Position numbers and translations under genes: made by a program
Part shown: in pieces, positions 25,881-38,931 of the stretch
Position numbering within the stretch: the stretch's first letter is position 1
Layout of the letters: the number at the start of each line of letters is the position of its first letter
Notes under the pieces: generated by a model
The model's input: only the letters and a program-made list of their open reading frames with translations
Databases searched by the model: none
What the model was told of the DNA's origin: nothing
NCBI GenBank assembly: GCA_051047955.1
Contig: JBPGPT010000006.1
Span: 186,001-250,000 of the forward strand
Length of the DNA: 64,000 nt
Source: Cystobasidiomycetes sp. EMM_F5
Taxonomy: Eukaryota
Direction of reading: 5' to 3'

Positions 25881-27165
25881 TCTTGTTTTTCTGAGGCGTC
25901 TCGCTCAAATACTGTGGGTCATCACTCGATATATTGGATTTCACCACAACTCGGCTAATTCGGTTTTCTATCCAGTGACACTGAAACAGGGCTAGACTGC
26001 GCAGTCAAATAACTGCACTCTGTCTTGTATGCTGCGACTATCATCTGTGCAGTCCCCTGCGCCAACTCGACATACGGATAAATATCCGCATAAGCGGCCG
26101 GCTGGACGCCGAGTGTGCAACAAGACAACAACGAAAACAGTGCTAACCACTGCACGACATTGGTTCATGTCGCGCTGTTGAGATAGATTACAACTGCATC
26201 CTTTCACGGACGAATCCTGACGCGCTATAACGATGTGGTGCTGAAGTCGCCGATAATTGCAGCGCCTCTCTAAACACGATGCCGAACATTCAGCGTGAAG
26301 GCCGAGCGATACTCGAGGGAGTTTTACAAAGAAGCATAGCCATCATAGACTGCAGCTATGGACAATCCGGCGGCCGTTATATTCGGACACGCTTCGCGGT
26401 TGGCTCTTCAATATCCACAACTCCCTCGCCCATCCATAGCCGTACACAAACCATCTATTTCCAGACATCAAAGCTTCTAGCTTACCTATCGACTTATATC
26501 CTTACACCAACATGAATTTTGTCAAGAGCGCTGGGGACAAGTTTGAGCATTTGCGCCATGCTGAACAGAATGCAGACAGCCGGAATAGAGGGACTCGAGG
26601 TCCTGCTGGGGAGATGACAAGGTACCGATCCAACAGTCCGAAGCGGTAGTAGAAGCATTGCGGCGCGAAGGTCATGAAGTTGGTGCGCAATCCGATGACA
26701 ATCCTAATTCTTTCGTCGCTAATACCAGCTATCTCAGAATGGTGCCCTATCGATAAGGCAGACTATTTATTCGATACTGAAAGCAACTACGACTCGTCCC
26801 GATTTCTGCGCTTCTTAGAGAGGTTGCTGGCTTGAATTCATTGGTTATATTATTGCTATTGCGACTTCGCTACCAATTGTTACAGATGTCCAGCATTGCA
26901 GTCCTCGCGCGCTTAGCGTAGTCTACCTTCGAGACACACCGCAAAAACACAAAAACACAAGGTCGCGCATTTACGCTTGAATGTTGCCAAGCAGAGGCCC
27001 CCTGCGACCTGTGGCCTTTTGGAGTACCAGGTGCGCAGGAAATTGTAGAGATTTTAGCGCTCATAATGGCGATGTACATAGAACTGTATTATGCAAAGCA
27101 TGACTGCACGAGAGCATGACAATTCGGGAGTTGCAGAGTAGTCCTTGAATTGTCAGAGACAGCAA

Positions 27166-28853
27166 TCAAGCCTGTTCTTTTTTAGAAGCGTTCGAAAGTC
27201 CAGTACTCATGGCCGCATCTAAACTTTTGCCCATTTCTCCGAGGCAAGGAGCCGCGAATCTGAAACGGTGAATAAAACTGAGCTGGATGGTACACGACCA
27301 CCAGTATAACATTCCACGTACAGTTTGCCCAGTATAGCCCGTCTGGCAGTCTCAATGATCAGACCTACCCACAGTAACGTCACCAATAGAGAGAATATCG
27401 TTCCTAGCACTCCGAATGCCATGGAGTCGAGAAAACTTCCGAGCGTGACTGTCGACACTGCGAAGACCCCCTGTGTGTATCAAGCTGATGTCAATGGAAA
27501 AGAAACGTCAAGTAGGATGTACGACCTATTTCAACGCACAAGGGGAAAAGTGAAGCCCCTTCACACAAGTTTTGTCATCCAGTCAGCACGGCAATACAAA
27601 GACAGCGGTGACATTTTGCAATGCTCACCACCAACCCATGTTGAAGGGAAAGCGCTCTTCCGAGAACCCGGTCTTTACCACTGAAGCAATAGCGATGGTG
27701 AACCAGAAGAAGCCCATACCCCAGATTACCAGCGCGATTGGAATGGTGCCTGCATATATCGCATTTGCCATCATGATTTGCGTTTCAGAGTCAAACATTG
27801 CTCCGTTGCCGAGGCCCACGCCAGTATCGATGGCAAGTTGCCGTACGACCTTAGCAAATTGCAGAAGCGCAAATGAGCCCTGACCGCATGGGCCAAGGGG
27901 GAGAAAGACAGAGACGATAGCGGCTCTCGGTGGCAGATGGTGTATTGCCAGTCGCTGGAAGTATATTGCCATAACGAGCACAGATATTGGGAACCCGCAA
28001 CCCCAAAGTATGTACGAACACATCAACGTCAGTCGAGCATGTGCAGGAGGTAGGTATTCCGCGATAATGCCACCCGTGGCTGCCGAGACGATAGGAGATA
28101 CGACAGGAAGTAGCCAGGTCCCATTCACGGTTTCCAAAGTATGGTTATGATAATTGAACATCATAAAAGGGACTCCAATGCCCACCAGCAATGAAATCAC
28201 TGCATCGATCCACCAAAGCGTCCATGCGAGCACAACAAAGCGCTGTCCAAATGTTGGTATGCCAACGAAGGCTACCATATTGACAATAGTTGCAAATCCC
28301 ACTGCAAATTGAAAATTGGTTCAAAATCCTGTTCTCGTATTTACCAAGGTAGAATAACTCACTTGAGAAAGTTCCAAGAAAGAAGGCCTGTGTGCTGTGC
28401 TTTATCATGATCGGAAATACTTGTGGCCATATCGAGTATCTTGCAGTGGACATGGCAAGAAAAAAGCAGAAAAGCAAGATGTTGGCCACAAAGATGATTG
28501 TAGAGATGATTCCCAGTCCAGCAAACTGATACGGGAGATTATGTAGCAAGATGGATGTAATGCCCGTTCCCCTTACCGACAGTACGTAACAACAGGTGAG
28601 CCGGTTTCCTAAACAATTTGCTAAAAAACGGGGATCCTCACATGTTGATGCTGAACCAGCTCGGTGTGAAGAGCAAAGCTCGTAGACCCAGAGCCCCATA
28701 CTTGGGAATGATGTGGGGCTCATCGGTACCCTGGGTACGTTCTGTACTATGTTCTTGCATATTTGCCTGGGGAGTTGCTCCATCTGGCCGCCATTCTTCT
28801 GGCAACGCTGGACAATCAGGACCCTCTAATTGCTGCATACGACGCTGACTCAT
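27166..28853 (-). CDS. SSU1: TDT-family (SLAC1/SSU1/MAE1) transporter, probable sulfite efflux pump
   Basis: FTPSWFSINM-GTGITSILLHNLPY, WLLPVVSPIVSAATGG, FLPLGPCGQGSF, FNMGWW-GFTFPL-GVF. Confidence 0.88.
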
Positions 28854-28963
28854 GCTCTTTTCGAATGGCTGAGGAATCAGTTGGACATCGGTCAAGCTGC
28901 ATCCACACGCTCCTGAAGAACTTTCAACGTATGGCGAGTCTGCTATTTTAAGAGCGCACGTAG

Positions 28964-30693
<1,730 letters not shown>

Positions 30694-31196
30694 AAGTCAA
30701 GACAGCTTTGTCACCTCGCTGAACGTTCAGAATCTGCCTCTGAACTCATGGTTCTACAAACGCTGACCCTAACGGCACCTACGAGTGCGGACCATGCACA
30801 GCTGAAGTGAACAAGTGACCATTTCGCTCAGAGTCGGCCACTGATCCACGACTCAGGTGTCTCTTGGTGGACTTACGGTGTCTTCGCCCTCTGATGCACG
30901 GATGGGCTGGTCTACTGCTATCACAATCCTGTGTCTCGATCTGTAACAACTCTTTAAGTGTGGCGGACTGCCAGACGTATAGCATAGCCGGTGCGTAAGC
31001 CGATCTTTCGCCTCGCCCCGACTAACAACCGTCAGAAAACAGCCCTCGATATTCAGTGTAAAGTCGTTGGCTGAGCCGGATCTTCTGTTCTTCTCTTCTC
31101 TCCTATCTCGCACAGGACTCAAGAGTCTCGCGGCCAGTGTTTGCGCTCCCCCACACTAGCGACCCATACCTACGCAGCGGTACTGCAATAATTCCA

Positions 31197-32045
31197 ATGA
31201 GGCATATACGCAATGTCAAGCGGTCGGTGGAACAGCACTGGTTTCCCAAACGTCGCGATGATGGTACTCGTTCGGAGCGAGAGTCCAGAGGCGGTGTTGA
31301 GGTCGTTCACGGTCGTTCTCGTGAATTGCCGTCTCAACCCATTAACGCGGCAGTCTTAGCAAGCTCCGCAAGACGAGACTCCGGGCCGGCTCAGAATTCC
31401 CAGAGCGCGCCGCTTCAGTATAGAGGCCGTATCCCGACTATTGAGATTACTGCAGACGACAGCGAGACGGCCGGTCCTGCCCCGAACAGCCGTAGCGGAT
31501 CTATTGCCTCGCAAAGGTCCACAGCGTCCAAGCTTACCGTCCGAACTCAAGCCTCTGCTCGGTCTATCAAGTCTGTTCTCTCTGTCGATACACGATCGAA
31601 GCTTAAAAACGCAAGCTACCGGCTCAGGGAAGCAGTGACATCGTCGTCATATGTGCAAGGGCTACGCGGGCAGAGGTGAGTAAGCTGCACATCAGTGCCA
31701 TCTGTCAAGACTGCCGACTGCTGATGTTTTGCAATGTATTGCGTAAGCAGATCCCCTCCCAGCTTTACTGCTGGTTGGATTGAAGCGACAGTCTTGTGGA
31801 CTCCGACGATACAGGAGCGCCACTCGTCCGTGGCAGGCGGTGCAATCTACGCATTGGTCACCGGCAAAGAGATGTGGCAGATTGCGCCCAGCCACGTCAT
31901 CAGGCTCGCTCTTCGTCCTGAGAACAATATCTCAATTTGGGTCAAGCGAGCTCTCGTCAAGCCTGAAGGAAATGGTATGTCTCAGACTGGAATGCGACTC
32001 ATCATTGACGGCTGTACATATTTTGTAGATGAATGCTATTTCTGA
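31197..32045 (+). CDS. Orphan family member 1 (S/R-rich N-terminus + ~95-aa C-terminal domain)
   Basis: Two exons. C-terminal ATVLWTPTIQERHSSVAGG..IWVKR..MRLIIDG..FVDECYF aligns with the genes at 33788 and 35625. Confidence 0.6.
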
Positions 32046-32408
32046 ACTCGTTGCAGTAATTTGTTTGATAGCGGCGGCCATAGAACCGCATTTGCGACGG
32101 CGGCTGTGAATTGGACAGACACGAACATCATGCAGCAGTAGGATTAGTGGGATGTTCCACAAGGGTCCCAAGCACTGCGTGAAGAGTACATGTAGATTAT
32201 CGCCCATGTACTCCACCTCAGGGAAGAATAGTTGTCAGTCAATCGATGATGCTGGAACGAGCCGTGCATTGCTGGTCAGCAGCATGAATACAGTCGGTGA
32301 GCCAAAGGGCGCGTTATGACCTAGTCCGCGGATTAGTGAAACAATGTATACTGGATTGCTGCAAGATGGTAGGAAACATTGGCAACAACATGAGTGCTTC
32401 ATCGGGAC

Positions 32409-33294
32409 TTAGTAGTATTCCACTTCCAACTGTGACGGATCTTCAGCGATGTATCCTAATTTGCTTTGGCTTGACTTACAAACAGATATGCATTCGGTCT
32501 GGGACTGAGAATAGTCAAGCCGCGCACATTGTACGTGTTAATATTTGCGGATTTGATGGCGTCCTCAAGTTGTGACATCGCCTGTGAGCAGATTGAGCCA
32601 GAAACAATTAAATCATCAAAAAGACAAAAGCCACACCTGGTCGTAGTGGCTGCTAAGGACAAGAGTAGACAGATACAGGGTGAATATCGCCAGAATGTTG
32701 TCGAAGATGGATTTGTAGGGGTCGAATGCATTTGCAAGGATTGTATTGAGCTCGTTGAGCGTTCTGAGGTGGTCTGCCGGTGATATCTGGTAGGGAGTAG
32801 CAGTGAGCCTCAACGCATCTAAGTCGCGTGTTTAAATGGCCTACTCTGCCCTCCAATTCCAGGGGAAACCCGCTCCAGAACTGGCATGTTTCGCCGGCCG
32901 TATAGTCCCTTTCGATCCGAACAATCTCGCGGGGTTTGTGATGGCCTATAATGCCAACCTGCGGTGTCCCGAATATCTGCATAGATCTGCGAGATTGCTT
33001 GACGTTATCTTGTCCGGGTTCGTCGTCATGCCCAGCAGTGCTGCCATTGTTCTGCCAACCCGGTGCTGAAGTGGACGACGATGTCGACGCGGAGTGGTCA
33101 AGAACAGCTGACTGAGGATTCAGCTGCGCAGTTCTTGACGGCGAGGACGGCGAGGAGGATGTACGGTACACTCGCTCAGGCGGATAAGAAGTCAACGCCG
33201 GTTCATCTGGCTCGACTGGCACAGCAGCATCGATATGCTGGTCATCCTGAGCCTGCGCTGATACTGACGCTGACGCTGACCCGGCTGACGGCAT
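32409..33294 (-). CDS. ERF4: Erf4 / golgin-A7 domain protein (Ras palmitoyltransferase subunit)
   Basis: IVRIERDY..QF..FPLELEGRIS..LNELNTILANAF..LTILSPRPNAYLF|LEVEYY*. Confidence 0.85.
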
Positions 33295-33787
33295 GTCATT
33301 GTGGTCGAAGCGGAGCGCTGTGACTGACGAGGGTCAGCAGAAAGGTCCAGAAGTGACGAGCATAGACACGCCATACGGAGGCTGGCAAGGGCATACCATG
33401 CAATACATCTTCAATACTCGGACATGCTACAGGGTATCATGCGGCTACACCTGCTGTCACTGGCTACAGTGTTGCCTTGCGGGACGCGGTCTGCTAGACA
33501 ACATCGACTGTCTCAAGCAAAATAAACACAAAGCAGAACGATGGCAGTGCATGTATGACGAGTCATCGCGAAATTGCTGGACAAAGAGCAGAGCCTCTTG
33601 ACCGTCAACAAGGGCAAACGCGAACAGCCATGGCGAAAGGGTAGGGGGGCTCTGCGGGACTCTCGAGTATATAATGCCAGATTCGTCATGTCTTTTCATC
33701 CCTCTCCTCTTCTCTTACACTCGTACACTCCGTCCACCACCGGTCAAGTCCTTAACACCACTTCAATCGAATTTGGCAATCCGAACA

Positions 33788-34930
33788 ATGCACATCATTA
33801 AACATGCTCGCAGTTTTATCAAAGGCAAATTGCGAAATCGTGGAGACAGACAAACAGAACATGCAAACCAGTCTACCACATCAATCGGACAGTCATTTGC
33901 AGGTAGTGAACAGCGTGCACGGACCCCTCCAGGTAGCTGTCGTTACCAATCAATTCGCTCGTCGAAAGTCTGAACTCATTTATTTCCAAATCAATCAGGT
34001 GTCATCTTCCAACAGCCATGGACCCCACCTAACAATAATCCAAGTTTGGGCAGCGCCGTCCGACCACGCTCAGCAGGCAACCAAGGTACCGTCATTGCAG
34101 ATCCTCGAAAACGGAATATGTCGATCCTCGAGAGCAGATCCCCTCATCCAGGAATATATGGAGGACCATCTGGTGCACCGAAACGTAAAAGCCTGGAGTC
34201 TACTGGTTCTCAAGGCCTATTGAATAACAGGCGTACTGGTTCTTATGCTTCTACTGCCTCGGGCGCTACTGCATCGGGCGGCGGGCGCAACTCTGCGAAG
34301 CAATCGGAAGTGACACAGTTCACAGCAGAGAGTCGCGTTCCGACATTCACACTGTCAACAGGAGGGCGAACTGAGCGCCTGAATTCTGTCGGTTCCGCGA
34401 GGTCACAGACATCAGTGGCCGCCTCTCACAAGTCGAATCGATCTGCACTGGAAAGAGTAACCGCCCGTCTAGGTATTTCGGATGCTCTACACAGCTCGTC
34501 GAGCAGACCGGCATCGGGCGTTTGGGGAACATCGTCAGTAGCTCCACATTCCGCAAGTAGCGCACGATGACGTTTACATAATTATCAATACAGCGGTCAT
34601 CCAGGAAAACGACCGACTTCTGCGCCCGAGAAACAATTTTCACAGGCGACTCTTACGTGGAAGCCAACGCAAATCGAAACGGCATCAAGTGTCCGACTCG
34701 GCAAAGTAATCGGCTTCCAGACCTCTGACCGTCGTTATTATGAGGTTTCATCGAGCCAACGCATCAGGGTCCAGGATTTTGCAAAACCTAACCGAGGATG
34801 CACAATTTGGACAAAGCGAGTCATGCAACAACCCCTCAGTGATGGAGCTGCACCACAGAGCATGCAGCTGTCGTTTGGGGAACAACGGGATTTCCAGGTG
34901 GTGGAGTACTATTATGCTATCGACGACTAA
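33788..34930 (+). CDS. Orphan family member 2 (three exons; last exon absent from the ORF track)
   Basis: Last exon is open from ~34594: ATLTWKPTQIETASSVRLGKVIGFQTSDRRYYEV..IWTKRVMQQP..MQLSFGEQRDFQVVEYYYAIDD*. Confidence 0.6.
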
Positions 34931-35624
34931 GTCCGTTTACGTAGTGCCTGTCGTATACGGTACTACTCGGACCATTTTATTGGCTTCGCACTTCTTCCAA
35001 CCCAAAACACGAAATGTTAAAACAAAGTCGATTCTCCATTTGTACGACAGCTCGAGTTTTTTTTTCCCTGATTCGCGGATGAATGTGGTGGATGTTCTAC
35101 CTCGCAAGCAAGACGTAGCTGACGTCTAAATTGGTTATTCGAAGCGCTGATTGTTTTCGCATAATGAGCTGACTTCGCAGTTTTCAAGCGAATATACGTC
35201 GGCGAGCCGCAAAGGGCATAGACCAGTAGAATTCTGGTACGGATCGGCTGGCACGGATCTCAGGCTTGCACGCGCGCTGGTTCGGTGAGACTTGATCAAG
35301 ACTGTAACGCCAAAATTCGTTGCTTCCTTCGCCTTGACGTCGACTTTATGTCAGGCCATTTACGCTTCGGATGCCATGCAAACAGAAGGTGGTTGAGCTT
35401 TTATCCGCCATCAACGAGCTCGACTGAGGTTGCTGCTATGGCTGTCAATTCGACCTGATGACCAAGACTTATTCCGCAGACGCGACCCTGTGTGCAATCA
35501 GCAGGGTGACCAACCCACAAGGCGATGTCGGGGCTATGTAGCAGACTCCGAGCGCGCTGTATACATGCTGACACGTTCGTTATCGTCTATCTAGACTTGA
35601 AGCAGCACAACCTCCAACATTACA

Positions 35625-36435
35625 ATGGCAGGACCCTTTACACAACAGCTCCCAGCATCTGATTCAACTCCGCCCTTTCATATAGGCAAGCTTGTGGTCC
35701 CGAGTAGGTGGAGGTTGTGACCACACATGCATTGTCCTATCGAGCTGATTATGACCGAAGCAGCTCATCTGTCGTCGCCTGCCCAACGCAGTCTATCGAG
35801 ACAGGCGCCCGTCATTACTGGACGTTACGTACAGGCTCGCAAGGGTTCCCATAGGGATGTTTTCGAGGCTGCTCAATGCTTGCAGTTAGATCAGAAGCGC
35901 GTCAGTATCGCAAGCAAAACTAGCAGCAGTAGCAATAGCCGTAGTGGCTACGGTAGTTCAGATGGCAGATTTTCATCTGTATCATCGCGAAACACGAGTG
36001 CGTCACTTCATGCAAGCTGGCGATATCTGGTGTCATTGAGATCTGCTTCTCACAGGCATCAGCCAGACAAGTCTTTCTGATACTGGCCGGCGCACGTCCA
36101 ACGTTTCTGCGGCAAGGGCTATGGTACCGATGTCTATTCGTACGATTCTCACTTTCACTGTCACCGAACAATTACAGGGTATCTTCAGCCAAGGCAGGGC
36201 GATTATCGGTTTCAAAGTAGGGTATCGTGACTACTACGTCCCTGTGCGGGAACCTGTGAAGCCGAGAAGGGGTTTGTTGAAAAGAGGTACAGCGAGAGCG
36301 GTTGCGCAACTGAAAAGGGTCCCTGAAGCGCCGCCTTATGATCATGGCCACGCGCTTGGAGATGGGAGCATGACACTGACGATCGACGGCACGGACCTGG
36401 CCGTTCAGGAATACTACTATGTATCCCGCAAATAG
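35625..36435 (+). CDS. Orphan family member 3
   Basis: S-rich middle exon, then TILTFTVT..GRAIIGFKVGYRDYYVP..QLKRVP..MTLTIDGTDLAVQEYYYVSRK*. Start and first intron are tentative. Confidence 0.5.
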
Positions 36436-36846
36436 TTTGACTGTGTCAGTGCGGCGCGCGTTATGATTCAGTCGAACCATCAAAAGCTTTACAATTGACG
36501 TTACGTTATGGACAGGACCCTTGCTCAATGTTATAAGCCAGTGCTGTGCGCTTTGCCCGCGGTGTTATCCTGATGGCATTGCCCGCGATAAAGACTGGGG
36601 GGTAAAGCAAAGCGTTTCATAGTCGTGCATCCGGTGATTGGTCCTGTGACGTCAAAGCCCCGACACAGTACAGTACGTTTCCTGCCATATCGTTATATAG
36701 GAATGAAGCTCGACAACGTGTAGCTCTCCCTGTTTCCATTTATTGCGGCGAGCGATGATCGGTCTGCACAAGAAGTTCAGACACACCCGCGGAAAGCCGT
36801 AGATAGCATCATCGTTTACTCTACTATTCTGCGTACGCCCTGGCTC

Positions 36847-37704
36847 CTAGTCGTCTTGCACTAACGCGAGAATCATTCTGCGATTGTACGAGTCAGCGCA
36901 CGGACGAAGACACCATGCTGAGCGGGCAAGCAAGCCGGAGACATTGTCTTACCTGTATAGCGAGTAAAAGAAGAATAATAGGTAGAAGCTAAAGTTATTC
37001 CCGGACGGTAGACATCAGCTACAGCTTCATTGATGCCTGACCAGGCTAATGCTAGTCTGACATCCAGCATCCAACTTACCCTAATTTGAAGAAGCACTCC
37101 TTCTTGTGCCCGCTCAGAGTCCTGAATATTTCTGTTGCATCGTACATGTGTTGTTTTGTGATTATCTTGTTTACGTTGTAGGCGACCAGAGGTGCGTTGA
37201 TCAGGACAGCGATGAATTGGAAGGAGAGGAGGAAGCAGGTCGTCATGAATGCGTGCGCTATCATTTCAGGCAGCACAAACTAAAGGAACGATACACGCCG
37301 AGAAGGCAGTCTATCAGTTGACGTATGTCGCAGCGGCTTGCGAGGTACCGCTACGTACTTGGTTGAGCTTGTTGCACAGGTCGATAGGGTTCAAGTAGTC
37401 CTGGAGTCATCACAGAGTACTTGCGTTAGTACCCACTGACAGTCCTGTGGGTCATCCCAGCCGGCGGCCGTCACTCACGCATTCGAGATCACTAAACATG
37501 ATGATGAAGAAGACGGACGTGAAGAGAAGCGCCGCCGACATGATGACGGCGAACAGAAAGAGCCTGCGTGGGAGAAGGAGGGTAACGCCCAGCGAGTGTT
37601 TGCAGTGTCATGTACGGATATGTCGCTCGGTCAGTCTAAATTCGTGGACATCACACTCGCCCGCAAGCTGGGTCTGAAGCAGCGCACCATGCTTCACCAG
37701 ACAT
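36847..37704 (-). CDS. ERV14: Cornichon-family ER cargo receptor
   Basis: MSGEAW|LFLFAVIMSAALLFTSVFFIIMFSDLEC|DYLNPIDLCNKLN..LPEMIAHAF..MYDATEIFRTLSGHKKECFFKL..MILALVQDD*. Confidence 0.93.
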
Positions 37705-37838
37705 TATGCAGCGTTGAGACTTTGCAGAAGCTAATCAGATGCTGTTTCGTTTCGTATTGTCGTCCGAATGGTCGTATGATAGAAGACGGACTGCCTGGCC
37801 TGGACTGGCTCGACTTTGCTCAAACTTGTCCGACCAAG

Positions 37839-38710
37839 ATGTCGACGGTAGACAGGTCAAGGGTACGTCTAATATGTGTATATACGTCAAGCTATGGCCC
37901 GGGCTGAGTTTCAATCCTTTTCATCAGACTGCGCCGTTCCTCCTTCGAGTCTTTGTACGTCCAACATCACATCATGAGCTCGCTCAGTTCAGCGGGCCAG
38001 CAAGCGCCAGTCTGGCCAAGGACGAGTACACCGTATACGCATGGAAAGATATGACCATGCGCGAAGTCGTACTGCAGCTGCGGTCAGTCGCGCCAAACTT
38101 GCGGACTCCAAGCAGCGCAAAATATGGTATTCGTCACATTTTCGAAGCTGGCAGTAGTTCTGGTTCACGATATGCCAATGACGAACGGGGTCCACCTCGA
38201 GCGCGGTACGACTCGAAAGATCTGGGCTACGTGTTTGCCAGAGATTTGCACGGCAAAGACCCATTCAAAGACTCTGGGAAGAGCAGGAGCGATCCAAGCA
38301 TAAAGACGCTAGAGCAACATCGTTTCATTCCCGGAGATTTCCTAGACATTGCATATCTCGCTCTCAATTCGACAGCTTCCCACCCATCCGGAAATTTATC
38401 GTCTCACACGAACGGATCTATACCCTCATTACAAAATAGAGTCGGCTTGCCAGGCTCACTTCGACCCAATGGACCGACTGAAGCGGACAGGGCATGGGGC
38501 GTCGCCGGTGATCAGACCTTGCATCGCCGTGGTGCCGGCCGAGGAAGCGAAGGAGGTGTATTGTCTGGCTCCAATCGGTTTAACCCTCTGACCAGCAGTC
38601 GCGGGGGGATATCCATACTTGGGTCGGCGAGGGAGGGTCGCGAGAATGGTAGGATAGGCGAAAGGCGGGACAGTCTACGAGATGGCAACGAAGATGAAAG
38701 AATGGATTAG
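37839..38710 (+). CDS. SAP18: Sin3-associated polypeptide SAP18 with an RG-rich tail
   Basis: VDRSR|TAPFLLRVFV..HH...F..YAWKDMTMREV..KDLGYVF..KTLEQHRFIPGDFLDIAY. Confidence 0.88.
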
Positions 38711-38734
38711 GGGAGAATGGGCAGATTTGAATTC

Positions 38735-38760
38735 TGAGCAAATGCAGGAGCAAATGCAGG
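38735..38760. repeat. 12-bp tandem duplication (GAGCAAATGCAG)x2
   Basis: gagcaaatgcaggagcaaatgcagg between the convergent SAP18 and SEC27 3' ends. Confidence 0.7.
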
Positions 38761-38931
38761 GATATCTTGTAGCAAACTTTCAGTGATGCGCTGGCATAGC
38801 TTACACGTAATGCACTACTTCTCTAGTCATACACTACATCGCGCAAGGCGTAGCGAGGCACTACGGCTATCTGTTCATGTACCACTCATGACCGGGTTGG
38901 GTTGTTCAGCGTCTCGGACCTCGACTCAAAT

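Noticed and set aside
25955..26155. Signal-peptide-like minus-strand ORF (QWLALFSLLSCCTLGV..)
   Set aside because: Starts at GTG with an in-frame stop just upstream; no ATG or convincing exon found.
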